The notes under the pieces were generated by a model that was not told the origin of the DNA, did no database searches, and saw only the letters and a program-made list of their open reading frames with translations. From Phoronis australis (taxonomy: Eukaryota; Animalia; Phoronida), in the NCBI GenBank assembly GCA_002633005.1, contig NMRA01000467.1, positions 138,723 to 202,722 on the forward strand: 64,000 nucleotides of DNA, given 5' to 3'. The number at the start of each line of letters is the position of its first letter. The first letter of the stretch is position 1. The position numbers were made by a program, and so were the translations under genes. Below, piece after piece: positions 24,301-37,136 of this stretch.

Positions 24301-27300
24301 AAATTTCAAACTGAAAGTAAATGGCCATAACATTTTGAAATGATTTATCTTCGGAAACAATTGGAAATTTTGACACCTCATGACATCAGTCTGAACCTCT
24401 TACGCAATGCATATGCGCTGTTCCTTTGTCCACCCGTCCCAAATCCGACAAAAAACCGTACGGTGGTGAATACGATGTAGTTCGGGGAAAAAGAAGCGCC
24501 CACTCCGCAACTGAGTTGAAGAACTGAGCACAGAACAAGCGTCAATCGACGACCAAATCTGAAAAAATACATAAAAGGGCATTACAAGCTCGACGACAAT
24601 CGAACACTCTGCAGATTTTTTGCTTATGTGTGCATTTTTCAGTTCACTCACTCACGCTCCTTTTCTTTTGCTTATTAAAATTTTAACATTTATTCAAAGA
24701 GCATACACAAACAACAGCTTATACCCAGACATGTATATGTCATGGTAAAGTAATAACATACGTGAAGGTGCCTACCTTTCATCGCAGAAATCAATTTATG
24801 ATTTAGATCAATTACAGTAACGGTTATGAATTCGGTCTCAAATAGTTCTTAAGGAAAAGTAAAAGCGATATTAGAGCTTCAGTAGATCTGACGTCATTGC
24901 TTGTGACCAGCCTTCGGCTACATAGTCTATTTATTGCTTGTGACCAGCCTTCGGCTACATAGTCTAGTTATTGCTTGTGACCAGCCTTCGGCTACATAGT
25001 CTATTTATTGCTTCTGACCAGCTTTCGGCTACATAGTCTTGTTATTGCTTGTGACCAGCCTTCGGCTACAAGTTGACTAGTCACGACGCGTCATTTTACG
25101 CTCCAAGCATGGTTTCAGTGAATAACGACCTTTCAGTCATTGACAAACCCGGAAATCATTTCTCATCTGAGTGAGAAAAAAGTTGAGACCAATTTTATAG
25201 ATTTGCCGAATCAGAAGTTCGCTTAGTAGACAAAACTGAAGGTTTAAAGACACTTTAATTTTTCCAAATATTTTCAACTTGAAATTTTCAATAGTTATGT
25301 TGATCTTGTTTGTTTTACTTTTGTTCTGAAGATCTTTCATTGTGTTAAACTACCTCAAATTCGTGACGAAAGATATCACAGCAGTTGTGGTGTTTTTGAA
25401 ACAAACCCCTACGAAAGAGTAGCCTGTTCATGGACGATTCCTTCAAATGGGTATCTTTTCTAGTTAGCTCTCTAAATGGGTGGGGTATCCTAACTTTCCA
25501 GAGGCACCCGGTCAAAAATATAACCGAGGATTCCCCTTCCTCTCCGTAGGTGCTAACTAGATTAGCCAGCAGGTAAACATGTGAGCAAATTTGAAATGAA
25601 CGAACGTTATCTATTTCAGGTCTTAATCTTAAAAAAGCTATTGACTTAGCTTTGATAAATCCTTAACAACTGACAAAAGTACATACTATGTGCAAGCGAG
25701 TACGTAAATGGGTTTCAAAACAAATGCTCTGCACTGGCTTAGCTGGCTTGTACCGAAGAAAATGTTCACGCTACCCCTCAAAATGGCATCGGCAGTGTCA
25801 TGTCCGAAGAGAGCGCNCCCCCCCCCCCCCGCTCCCTAAATTTGATTCGCCTAATGTTTGTGTTGAACGCTGCTGACGAAATTCACTCATGCAGCTCACG
25901 TCTAAAGTCAGTCAAGAATGACTACGAAATCGTGTTCTGTCGTGTTAATCCGTAAAGCATAAGTCTTAGACACACCAGAAAACTATAAAAGGGATTGAAT
26001 TGTTTGGAACTTGATATGCGAAATTATCTGTTTTAACGAGAACTGAATTGTCACATACCATAAGAGTACAAAATGACAATCTTCATTTCAGATAGTGCTA
26101 AATGTATTTTGTGAAAGCTATTTATACTTTTTTAAACTCCAAATTTCACCGGAAATACAAATAACGATCAATGTTAATTTTCGAGAAAGCAAAGCCTATT
26201 TCTGTCCTTTGCATCGCCTCGTAATAACAGCTCAGAAGCTTAATGTTCATAAATTCGAAAGCCACGTGGCTATTGATCGAGTAGACCGATAGGGCCTCAA
26301 TCTATGGACAAATTTGAATAAATTAAGGGCCATGTTGCCAACCTCTTTGGGAGGCATATTTTCACTGTGTAATTATTTTGCTACCTCACTACGTAACGCG
26401 AATAGTGATTGGTCAAAATCATTAACTGGATTTTAGTTTAGCCAAATACTGAATCCACAGTTATTTTCAGTATACACTAGACCCCATATCCCAAACGCTG
26501 ATGTTTTGGTGACCGATATGTTAGTTTTAATCAGCTGCTTTGGGTTGTCGTTGTGTTAGAGTCTGAGGTCAGTTTCTTAAAAGTGACTCTTAAGTTACTT
26601 TAAAAGATTTTTTGTCCTAAAAGACAATTGGTGCTAAAAGGCTTAATCAAATAATTGTAAGCGTATCACAGTCTAGAAATAATCGATACGAAAATGATGT
26701 CAATAACTATGGCAGTTAAGTATCCATTCTCAGACATAAATGCACTTTTGCTCTAGCGAGATTTGCCTATTTTTAAAAATTGTTTGTGGAGCATAAAACC
26801 AGATTTCTGACGTAATAAAACAAATCCCTGAATGCAATGCGATGATCTGATATTTCTGTTTTTACCCAGATCTTTCCAGCATACCTTTGAGTATGGCCTC
26901 CTCCAACCAATAAACAAGCTCATGGTATTACAAAGCACTGCCAAAATACAACTCAAGGAGCTTCTTACAAATATACGCCCGATCACTTTATTCATCAAAT
27001 ATGGGTAATTACTTTCGGCTTTTCTTTATGAAAGACATTTAAAAGTATTAATACGTGACATAGTTCACTGAAACAAAAGGGTTTTCTCGCTAGAGAAAAA
27101 ATACAAGAAATGTTCATCATACAACGCAATATAGCAAAGAACTCCACAGCTTTCCTGTAATTCTGATGCTATTCAGTTTCGTAAAAGTTTTTAATTTTTT
27201 GTCTAGGAATTTTCTAAACAACGCATTTGAATTTTTCGGATGTGTTGTGCCAAATGACATATCTTCTCAGCTTGCTCTGTCACTCAAGGAAATACTGAGA

Positions 27301-30300
27301 TTGACAGTTAGGAAAAATGAAGACGATTATTGGAGCGCAATCGGTTCAAAATACAATAGTGAAATTTGTCAATTGCCGACGACATTGTCTTATTTCTGAA
27401 TAGAGCAAAAGGTAGCTTAGGTTGAATCTGGGCTTATTAGATCAGTACGCAAAGTGCCCGGGCTTAGATTCAATACAAACAAGACAGAATATGCTTTGAA
27501 AGAAGTGTGTTATCTCCATACAAAATTGAATGGACTAGTCCTATTAGTATAGTCCTTGCCAACTGCACCCTTGGAAAAACCAACCGTAGTCAAAACTGAT
27601 ATCTTAATGAGGCATGGAACGCTGGATCTCGCCCAGAATATGTTTTAAACAATTCCTGACAAAAGTACCATCTCTAAACGTCTAGTACACTTTCCCCCGT
27701 GAGAAAATTTCCAGAAAAAATCACAAAATTCACGATTTTTGAAATACGCGGGAAGAAAAAAACTCTGTGCTTACCACAGAATTTCTAATCTCTCTCCCAT
27801 TTATGATGCATGTGCACATGCGCTCAGTCAGTTGCTTGAAATCGCTTGAGGTCAAAAGTCATTTTTTCCATACAAACCAAATATACTACGTCTACGTCTT
27901 GTCATACCAAATAAGGAGACGTGTTTTTCCCTTTGCTAGAAAATTGAAGAAGTGGCGAGCAGTTGACAGATCGTTTTTTTTCGAAATTTAGAACTAAAAG
28001 AAAATGATTTGATATCAGCACAAATTAAAAATCTTGATCATCAAGCCCTAAGAATACCTGGTAAGCAGGTTGAATTTTGTTTCCGGCAGCGGCAGAGAAC
28101 CACTTTCAATATTGCAATTTGGTCTGTTTATCGCGCTCGAGGCTTCTTTAAGAAAAGTGACTCATCTACTTGCTTTCTAACGTTTCCCATCCTCTGAATA
28201 AATTAAACACTAAGAAGCAATATGTGTTTTTATCGGTGAAACCGATACAACAAGAGACATTCAGGTGTTTACAAACTAAAATACATCAGGAATCTGGGTT
28301 CGATATAGCGTTACTTAAAAGGATACTAAAATACATCAGGAATCTGGGTTCGATATAGCGTTACTTAAAAGGACACTTAACCCTGTTTTGATAATTTCCA
28401 CCAATTCTCGTTCTGTCACCTGCTAATGCATATTTATTGTCAATCTTCCAAGTTAAAGGCAGGAAGCAACTAGAAACTAAAATCCCAATGTCACAGTTTG
28501 AATATTATGGTCTTAGGTAGGTGGTCTTTTCCCAGAGTTGCCCTATAATTCTCTAAAACCGTAGGTCACGATTGCCCGTTTAGCATACTTTAAAAGGAGC
28601 TTTCAGTTTTGCTTCCAAACGTTGTCGATTACAGAGCAGTAATTTGTTTCAGAGAAGTGGATGGTAAAGTCGTTTTTAACATCTAATGATAGGCCAAAAC
28701 CGGGTTTGGTATCCTTTTAATAAAATCCTGAATCCGTCTGTGTATGTGTACAACGTAGCACTTACCTGTCAGATAAGTCGCCGACGATAAAACAACCGAC
28801 GAAGTAACCCAACATGTAAATCATCTGAGAAAAAGCAATGAGCCATTTGTCGTCGCACACCAAATTCCACTGAAATGATATTTTGGTTTGAACGTTTCGT
28901 GTGAAATAGCCCTACAAATTCACCCTAGTAGACCATCTGCGTTCGAGACCACGGCAAGTTATGACATTTTCAGTGAAAACTCTTTATTTCACAATTGTAT
29001 TTTGAGTTGGTACCTGAAGGGTATAGACAGGAATTTAGGGTTTGTGAAAAATAGATTCACAGCCATTCGTCGAGTCCTGTATGGAGAAACAAATGGCGGT
29101 TGGGAAGTGGATAGATTCCTTTGATGTACGTAAGTTTGACAAGGCGTGTGAAACTATAACTTTAAAGAATTACAAAATTGAGATGATACCGACTGACATT
29201 AGTGAGGAAAAGCATTGTGTGACTAATTCAAGTTCAGTTGTAGCTGATACTGAACTGTGCACCTTGTTTACATGCAGAACTATTGCTGATATTAGTCTCC
29301 TTCCATGAATGGCTGTGCAAATACAGTTCAAAATGTGCCGGTTATCTCCGTAAAAGGTCCAATAATGGTTGTGCTTACTAACATGAAACGAAGCCACTTA
29401 ATTTTCTGAGTGATATTTGAGGGCCAGCGTGAGCGGATATCTGAGTTGTCTGCCTCAACTTAACCATAGATCAGCTGACAGCTCACGCTCAGGTGTAAAA
29501 ATATTACATTTGACTGAACTAGCCGCCAGCGTGATGCGCGATTCCAGCTTTGGTTCACTCGAGGTAGACAGCTCAGCTCGTATCTATTCGTTTGCGTTGG
29601 CCTTTTTAAAGAATCTATAGCCTTGCACACCGAAAACAAGCCTGAAACTTTACAAAACTAATACGAATCCCAGCTGTCCACTAGGCGGTCAAGGCTGATA
29701 AGTGGGACAAAACCTTACCTTGTCTTTTATCTCGGGAAAGATGTATTTACTTAACCTACCTACTTTGTATCCAATGCACGCACTTGTGATTAATGCATAT
29801 TTGTTTCAAATAATTGTCGGGTTATTCCAATAATCTTCGTATACATGTAGACCAACTTGCGTTCATTTGGTACACACAGAAAAAATCATCAGCACTGGTG
29901 TAAACCATGGCATGTTTTGTTGATCTGTCTCGTTCATAAAGTAATGTATTAATACCGGCTTACACCATCTGGGCAACATTTTGACAAAACGTGATATCTT
30001 CCTGCTAAGGCAAATGAAGGCACGGGTAGTCCCTATCTAAACACAACATGGGTAGTAATCCCTTACCACGGGACAAACACAGTACAGGGAACTGAAACCT
30101 TTACCAACCCTTAGTACGGATTGAAGCCAGAACTACAGACGTGCGAGGTGTGTCCGTACGCGATATAATTCAAGTTCTGTTGTAAGGACTTTCTTAATTG
30201 TACAAACATCACTCAAATATTTTTATCGTTTAGTAATATTGTCAAAAGTCACCAACACTTCAAAAATTATTCTTAACTTGGCATTTAATTTTGCGTTCTT

Positions 30301-33300
30301 TGTCTTATTGTTTATGTTAAGAAAAATATTTGTGAATTGTTATGCCCATCTAGTCAGGACCGTCCTGCCTCTAGTGTCCGCTGGCTTTGTTTGACTTATT
30401 GGAAGTTTTGCGTTAATTGGGAGTATGTTTGAATAACTAAAATATAAGTCCCAAAGCTCCTAATCTCCTAGTATCGAACTCGGTTGATTACTGATGAAAG
30501 AGCATATGACAATAATCAGTGTTTCTTATTGACGAGAATACGTCTTGATAAACGGCGAGTTAGTCTTCGGTTACTGACTGAACTTGGTAGTATGCCCAAG
30601 GCGTTTGAATTTTTTGTACCACCATTCAGCCAAGAATAGAGCATAGGTGAGTAATGCTAGTGTGTGGGAGAAAAGAAGGTGGGGAAGTTTTGGCTCCATT
30701 GCATGGCGCTTTTTGAGTTTTTATGTCATGTAAAATGGAGGCCTAAGCTTTCCAACACAAAAAAATCGCTTTAGATCACTTGCCAAATTGGCCTCAAATT
30801 CTACCATAGTCACCGGCTTTGCAGGTGATTTCAGGGCTTCGCAAGACCTAACATGTCCTTATTGCACGAGACCAAGCAGTCTACAAACTTTTCGCAGCTT
30901 GTCTGAATGAAAAACAAATTACCAGTCCTTTACAGACACAGAGGCCATTTCCCGCGGTGTGACCTAAGTAGTAGTATATGGCCCCCAGGGGTAGGCCTAT
31001 TATTTTAAGGCTCCTTTAAACAGTTACCACCACTACCTTGTGTCTCAAAAAGAATTTTATGAATACGACTTAAGAGATTTAATAGCCTTTAGGATACCTG
31101 TTGCTAAAAACAAGCCAATTTTTTTTTCTGTTATCGAGGTTGTACACAATGGGTACAAGACCGTCTCCACCATTGTTGTTTTTACCATTGCCATAGTTAT
31201 GAGGAAAGTCCGCGGAGAGCCGCCTTTTCAGACACGAAAAGATGCGTTTGCGGGCTGTAGTAACAGCAACTTGACTGAGAAGGACTTTGTATTCAAATTT
31301 CCTGAACATTTGAAAGATGCACAGAAATGGCATCGGTTTGTGCGCCGCACGAGATCTGGAATGTCAGTGAAGACATGCGATTCAGTCATGAGCCACACTT
31401 TGTTCGGCACATTTCAAGGAATTGTGTTTCGACCAAACACAAAAGCTGCGATACGATGAAGGACTCGCCACCTTGTACGTGTATTTGCAAATTTTATAAA
31501 TAACGAAGAAACTGCCAGACTCTCGAAACCGGCCCAGATCGAGTGCTACGACACGTAGACTTATGCATTGTGTTTAGACCGTGCTCATTCATCATGGCAA
31601 TAAGATGACCTAGGTTTACTGTGGCCTTTGTCATTCAGTGATTATTATGTGGTTTTTGTGAATATTGACCACCCCTTGGTTCAGTTGGTTGTGGCTCACA
31701 TATATCTGCAGCATTTCTTGTGCAAGTGGGTCGAGTTCATACGGCCTCACAGCCGACGAAAGTTAGCTAAGTGGGAAATCGATTTCATTGTCTGGTTGTT
31801 CAAATACCTGAGCGTGGTGTCAGTATCCACTCTCTTTGTCTCCAAAATAATTGTCTAGTTTTCACTCAAAATCATCTTCGTCTTCTGATCTGCTGTGTTC
31901 CGCTATTGCAATTGATTGTCAAGTGACCAAAAGTATAGCACCCATTAGGCCTACATCATTTTTCGGGAAACTTGGAAATAACTAATTTTTCTTCAAAATT
32001 AATAAATTCGCGACTATTTGGCATCAAAAATGCTTATTTAGTTAGATTTTATGGTATTTATTTCATATTAGTTTACCTCAAAAGCTAAGAAAATGCATGG
32101 TGGGTACCTTAGATTCCTTTTCAGGAGCCGGGAAAAGGTAACGCCGCAGTGATGAGCACATGAACAGAAGGGCGTATCGTCGCCAGTTTGCTTTTAAAAA
32201 TATAAGTGACAAAAGTGGTGGGTAGTGTCACACCTGAAAATGTAACAGATATCTAAGGTACTGGTGTTGTTTGATTGGTATTGAAAGACGTTGTTTATAT
32301 CAATTATTAACTGGTTCACGTGCAGTACAGATAGTAGTGACCAGCTGTAACTTTGACCACATACCTCTGCTGTTAGATTGCTCACTGCTCTTTTTTGCTA
32401 TTTTGGTCATTACTTACCTGTTAATGTCTTACTACCTGTTTGTTTTTACTGAGGGCCCCCATGGAAAGCAGTGTGAACTGATGGGGCAACTGTCATTGTA
32501 AATATTACATTAATAAAATAATACTAAAAATAATAATTTAACGGCCCTTCTGATACAGTAGTTATTTTCGTCCGCATCATCTATCGTTACTGCCCGGCAT
32601 TGCGTTTATTTTTGGTTGGGTCAACTGGGTCACCACTTGGAACCATTTACTGTGCATTTGTTATTTTTTTGGCCGAGTCGCCTCTAGGTAGCACCTAAAT
32701 ACTTGCTATTATATGAGGTCACGTTGGTACTTTTTCTTTTAAATCTTTTGATAATAAATGATGACATACAGGCGACTAGTCGGTAAACCAACCCTTAAAT
32801 TTAAATAGGGTTGACAGTCCGAACAGTGAAAGTCTAGAATCAAATGCCGTACATATGACACTCGAATTGCACGTCAAACATTAACACGCTATCGTGTGAA
32901 CACATATCTTAAGATATAATAAAGTCTTACTAAAGCGATTATAACCGCACGGAAATCAAGCCATTCGAAGATTAGGCTTTTTACTTTTCGCTTGTCACTT
33001 CGCCATTTTGCATTTTTTAATCGATCGGTGAAGTCATGGACTAAAGTATTCTTTGGTCTCGTTATCTGGCATTGGGTCACTAGGTAAAAAAACTAAGGGT
33101 AAAAGATGGCTAACGATTTGATCCATTGTTGTTAGAGGAGAGTAAAAAGAGGCAAAATATAATCGGCAAGGCCGTTTGTGGTTTTCTAAACGTGTCAATG
33201 GAATGTTATTTGGTTAGTACTATAACTCTGAACAAGAATTTTCCTCCCGTTCATTTGGTGGTGAAAAGTCCTCTGGTGTACCTTCAGCTTTGTTTAAGGG

Positions 33301-35518
33301 CCGAGTATTGGCTAACACGCGACTTGTTAGTAAGTACCATAAACACTAGAAACAATGTTTGAAATATATTGGTAGTATGTTTGACGAAGATTTAGATTTC
33401 ACGGACGAATGTGTGTTTTACTTGATTCAATCTTTTGCAGTATCCTTCGTGAGTTAATAAATAATATAAAACATCGACGCCTTGTTTTAATGTAACAAAG
33501 CAAATGCCAGCAGATGTCTATGGCCTAAAATTCGCTAGCATTATTTTTACCAGCCAATTTAAGGCCGTGTTAACATGAATATTAAAGCTTTAATTACGTT
33601 GTCTAAATCTGAAGTTCGCTTTTTGGATGGAGCATGAGTTTTAATAACCTTGTCGCAAAGCTGTATACTAAATGTATATGTTTTGATGATTGTCTTCATA
33701 CAGCTGGCTGATTAGCTAGAGTTTTAACCGCTTGTAAGTTAGTACATTTATATTTTTTTGCTTAGGGAAAGGTTTCCCTTTAAGTTTCCCTAATTTATTA
33801 AGCGATCTAGATGTAGTAATACTTCTCATCAGGCTCTGTGGTCTAATATTGGTTAAAGTGTTGTTTAGCAGTGTCCCGAATTCTATACATTCTATACATT
33901 TTTACATGTCAAAAATAATTACAAAATGTTGTTTCATAAATGCAGACTTGCACATAGAAGTGAATCAGTTTTGCCAGCAATGGAACACGAATGAGCCTAT
34001 TTGATAGAACTTATGGCTCACAGATAAATCTAATACAAACACGATACGAATGCATGATGTAAAATCAAAGTTCAGATTGATATCTCGTCGCCTGGTGGTT
34101 TTCCACATATTGTAAATACACACACAAACATCTTCCGACGCTCATCACACGAGTTTCCGAAAGAAAAATGATCATAACGACCGAACGCCGAGCGGTTATC
34201 TGGAGATTATTGGGAGCGTAGACCGGGCGTCGACGTCGAAATCATCACTCGGTGCATCTTTGGGCAAACTTATTATTTTTTTCAGGCTCTCAGTCTATTT
34301 TCTCAAGTAGTCCAGTTTATATTGACGGAGATCATGCGTCGGCGGATCATCAGTCGAAGTCTTAGGCCATCGACGGCCGATATTTCATTTCCTCTCCGTT
34401 GCATCAGCCGGAACGTCGAACTATATAGCGTCAGTTTTTCATTAAGTCTTGGCCACGTATCAGCAACAGTGCTATAGTCGCTGATGTTGGGAAATGGCCC
34501 AGCCGATCCCGCCAATTGAGTTCGAGGAATCGGGAGTAGCGGTTAGAAAAGATGTGTAAAGGGGATGCTACTTCGAAGTCGGTCGAACAATGAGCCGTTG
34601 ATCGAACAATTGTGCCAACGTCCTGTGATCTGTGAAATCGGTCGAGCGACGGAACAAGTTCACCTTTGTCCGACGGTGATTTCTTCCACCGACACCCGGC
34701 TCACGACGCAAAGGCGGTCCAAGATTTTGAGATGGGGGAGGGGCTGGGCAGAGTATTAGCCGTGACTTTGCCCGTCAGACATTTGGACCCCCGAACTGCC
34801 AAATGTAATCTGGGTCATGGCCCCCTCTAAATGCGCCACTGTCAGACGTGCCCCACAATCGCCCGATAGCCGATCTGCGTCGGAAACTTTATGCAGCGAT
34901 GACGGCAGAGGTTTACTACTCAAATACTCGGATCTAAAAAATCGTCCGTTCATCTTAGGTATCGGGATAGAGCTTGCAGTCAGAGCGAGATCGACCGACC
35001 ATCGCTCCATAAGTGACCAAAACTTCTTGTTTAGTCAACAATTTTACATTTTAACTTACCTCAGTCACGATGGTGTTTGTAAAAACCGACCTATCGTAAG
35101 TCCATCTGTTGCATTTTTTAGTCTCTGTCGAATTTTCAAACCAAATGCCACTGATGTTTTTGTCATAAAGTAGACACTCGTTCAACTGCCATTGTCCATT
35201 CTTTTCCTCCCAGGGTATCGACTTGTTAAGTAAAAATTCCCTCGATTGGTTCTCTTTATCCGCTACAAAGCAATGATGAGACGGAAGTCCTGCATAAAAC
35301 ACATTTCCCATGTTGTGGAACGCCGTTGCTATGGGAATAAGACATAGTAAAAATATCTGCAGCTTCTGTGCTTTGCCGAAAGATCCGATTTTTCTCAAGT
35401 AAAACTCGAACTCATTCGCGTTTTCAGGATGGTGATCCTCTTCTATAGGTTTTGGACTAGGCTTCCCTTCAATATTTTTTATTACGACATCCTTGTTATT
35501 ATCGTACGCGTTAGACAT
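18182..35518 (-). CDS. SLC22: SLC22-family organic cation/anion transporter (MFS), 8 exons: 35518-35060, 28869-28766, 24558-24404, 22977-22809, 21356-21224, 20178-19881, 18883-18702, 18340-18182 (or a donor after 18186 to an unlocated last exon)
   Basis: Motifs IGSFGKAQ, TIVTE-WNLVCD, GDLSDRFGRR, SPRWL, EVYPTSIR, LPETHGRPL; all junctions in phase; exon sizes 104/155/169 match the SLC22 layout as I recall it; paralogue not assignable. Confidence 0.93.
18702..18883 (-). CDS. SLC22: SLC22 exon 7
   Basis: GKAGSAAVFAIIYVYTSEVYPTSIRTIGLG..ALL|GTGAGT. Confidence 0.93.
18965..19033. mobile_element. 69-bp mini-MITE, 14-bp TIR CATGGGCGACGCAC, 5-bp TSD TGAAC
   Basis: TGAAC|CATGGGCGACGCAC...GTGCGTCGCCCATG|TGAAC. 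Confidence 0.75.
19881..20178 (-). CDS. SLC22: SLC22 exon 6
   Basis: DHSAAKSSVLDPLRYPNMRMTTLIVWLNWF..GRRWP..IPD|GTAGGT. Confidence 0.92.
20710..21110. mobile_element. MITE with ~40-bp TIRs and CAG TSD (PIF/Harbinger-like)
   Basis: CAG|GGCCCGGTCTCTAATCTTT ... AAAGATTGGAGACTGGGCC|CAG; internal ACTCGAAA/TTTCGAGT repeats. Confidence 0.8.
21224..21356 (-). CDS. SLC22: SLC22 exon 5 (probable GC donor)
   Basis: CTCTTAG|G LTYRSPRWLMTKG..PFSL|GCAAGT. Confidence 0.8.
21978..22132. repeat. 31-bp minisatellite GTTAAGTCGTCCCTTAACCATTGATACAATA x5
   Basis: Direct observation. Confidence 0.92.
22809..22977 (-). CDS. SLC22: SLC22 exon 4
   Basis: QEWCTEDLR..ARDWWIL..LFQW; 169 bp. Confidence 0.9.
23871..24089. 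mobile_element. MITE with imperfect TIRs (GAGTCCGTTCCAAGAAA / TTTCTTGGAATGGGCCTC)
   Basis: Inverted termini, internal CTTAAG/TAAGATT repeats. Confidence 0.6.
24404..24558 (-). CDS. SLC22: SLC22 exon 3
   Basis: FGRRLTLVLCS..NSAYAL; 155 bp; AG/GT bounded. Confidence 0.92.
24896..25069. repeat. 37-bp minisatellite ATTGCTTGTGACCAGCCTTCGGCTACATAGTCTATTT, ~4.7 copies
   Basis: Direct observation. Confidence 0.92.
28274..28373. repeat. 50-bp tandem duplication
   Basis: ACTAAAATACATCAGGAATCTGGGTTCGATATAGCGTTACTTAAAAGGA twice. Confidence 0.9.
28766..28869 (-). CDS. SLC22: SLC22 exon 2 (not in ORF track)
   Basis: TTTCAG|WNLVCDDKWLIAFSQMIYMLGYFVGCFIVGDLSD|GTAAGT; 104 bp. Confidence 0.92.
31017..32112 (+). 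mobile_element. Old degraded THAP-bearing (Kolobok-like) element in SLC22 intron 1
   Basis: Plus strand KRCV/AGCSNSN..VFKFP..KWHRFVRRTR THAP remnant (~31230-31410); minus strand acidic leader (SEDEDDFE) and VRPYELDP, like the KolX start; termini poorly defined. Confidence 0.5.
32190..32530 (+). mobile_element. Non-LTR retroelement 3' tail
   Basis: GAGGGCCCCCATGGAAAGCAGTG..CTGATGGGGC stem-loop + A-rich tail, related to 6487-6574. Confidence 0.5.
35060..35518 (-). CDS. SLC22: SLC22 exon 1
   Basis: MSNAYD..TM1..Cys-containing extracellular loop..TIVTE|GTAAGT. Confidence 0.92.
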
Positions 35519-35944
35519 GTTATTCAGCGTTCAACACAACGAACGTTAGGTAAACTGTTGAGCTCGAACGCGTCCTAACTACACACTTCGCAGATTCCTG
35601 ACTTCTGTGCAATCTGTACTGCGCACTCGACGCGCTGTTCTAAATACAGAATAGAGCCGTCAAGATGCGATAACATGCCTAGGTGTATACTGTACGTTAC
35701 CGACTGCCAATCAATCGTAATTCATCTTCTTGTCTTAATTTTGACAGGGTGGCAAAAACCTGCTCAAATCGTAACAGGTAGACACTTTCAAACAAACTTA
35801 TCGTTTGCAGAAACAAATTTCTGCGTTCAATTCTTTGGTATCAGTGTTAAAATTTAGTGTATATGTATTTGTTTGTACGGTACGCGAATAGAAATAGTAC
35901 GTTACTAGGCTTATACCTGAAGGCTAATATGCACGGCAGATGGT

Positions 35945-35945
<1 letters not shown>

Positions 35946-36010
<65 letters not shown>

Positions 36011-36019
36011 AATATATAT
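35946..36019. repeat. Compound (CA)n(TA)n microsatellite upstream of SLC22
   Basis: Direct observation. Confidence 0.95.
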
Positions 36020-36781
36020 AAGACCATTCCAATGTATGTCAGTGAATCGGCAGCCTCTAATTTTGGAGCACTAACACCTATTAGCGAACAACCATTTTCT
36101 AGTGAAACCAAGGAGGAAGTTAGGGTGCAGCTGTTTGAATGAAGGCCTAGTTATTTGTTAGCAGTTGTGGAACTTCCTGTGGTTTCAATTACTGACCAGA
36201 CTACTGAATAAAAATATTAGTATGGATAAAAAATAAAGGACACGAAGACAGCTGGGTGTGATTAGTGCCTTGAGCTCTTTATTAAAGAACACAGTAATTC
36301 GTTAACGGTTGCATGGGCTAAAATGCGCCAAAACAGTTCCACGAAAATATAAGGTTCAAGTAGACAGGTTGGTCTGATTAGGAGTTTGAGGCCGGGCATT
36401 CAATTTTTCAACTTCCTTGTGGTCAAAACAACTTGAACACTATCGCGAACTTTGATAACTTTTTACACAGCATGAATCTTATCAGCAAGTCTGTGTATTT
36501 AGGCCAAATATTTACAAAATTAAAGAATTTAACATTGATTAAAACATCTTCTGAATAAACTTATATTAAAAGGCACATTGAGGGCTGACAAGTTGGAAAT
36601 AAACCTGATTTTCAAGTAAGTGGAAGCTTTTCACAACAAACTCATGTTGTAGAAAAAGAATAATTTTCACCCTTTTCAGTCTTTCAGTTGCAATCTTTGA
36701 AAATAGATAAATAATATTTTTTCACCATTTGAACACCAAAAAACACACACACTTAGTATATTGAACCACAATAAATATTCA

Positions 36782-36787
36782 TTTATT
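36782..36787 (-). terminator. Candidate polyadenylation signal AATAAA of CFAP74
   Basis: TTTATT on plus strand ~240 bp after the stop, followed on the minus strand by GT-rich sequence. Confidence 0.5.
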
Positions 36788-37022
36788 CACAATCTTTGGT
36801 AGCAAAAACATAGTTACATAAAATATTTACACAGAATGTAATGAGAAACAATTGAGTAAGACCCCATCGATAACGAATTGAACTTTGTCACTTTATCTAA
36901 ACTATCACAGGTTATCAAATAAACACGAAGGATAAGAGAACATAAAACTATTAATTAAATGAAATATGGTTACAAAATCAAGCATTCCAACAGGTTACAA
37001 GCTTGCGTTTAGATAAGGGTCG

Positions 37023-37136
37023 TTACTCTAAGATGTCTGTCACTGTTCCGACTCTAGCCCGCAGAATGACATTATAGAATTCTGCGATGTCACCTTTCAC
37101 TGTCAGAAGAATGTTGGAGTCTACAGTCTGACTGGG
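37023..37136 (-). CDS. CFAP74: CFAP74 terminal coding exon
   Basis: TTCCAG|PSQTVDSNILLTVKGDIAEFYNVILRARVGTVTDILE*. Confidence 0.85.
   Translation of the reverse strand, partial: PSQTVDSNILLTVKGDIAEFYNVILRARVGTVTDILE

Noticed and set aside
21978-25069. 31-bp and 37-bp repeats as possible CRISPR arrays
   Set aside because: Head-to-tail units with no unique spacers, no cas genes, eukaryotic intron context
29990-30160. Possible minus-strand SINE
   Set aside because: Only a degenerate B-box-like motif; boundaries could not be supported
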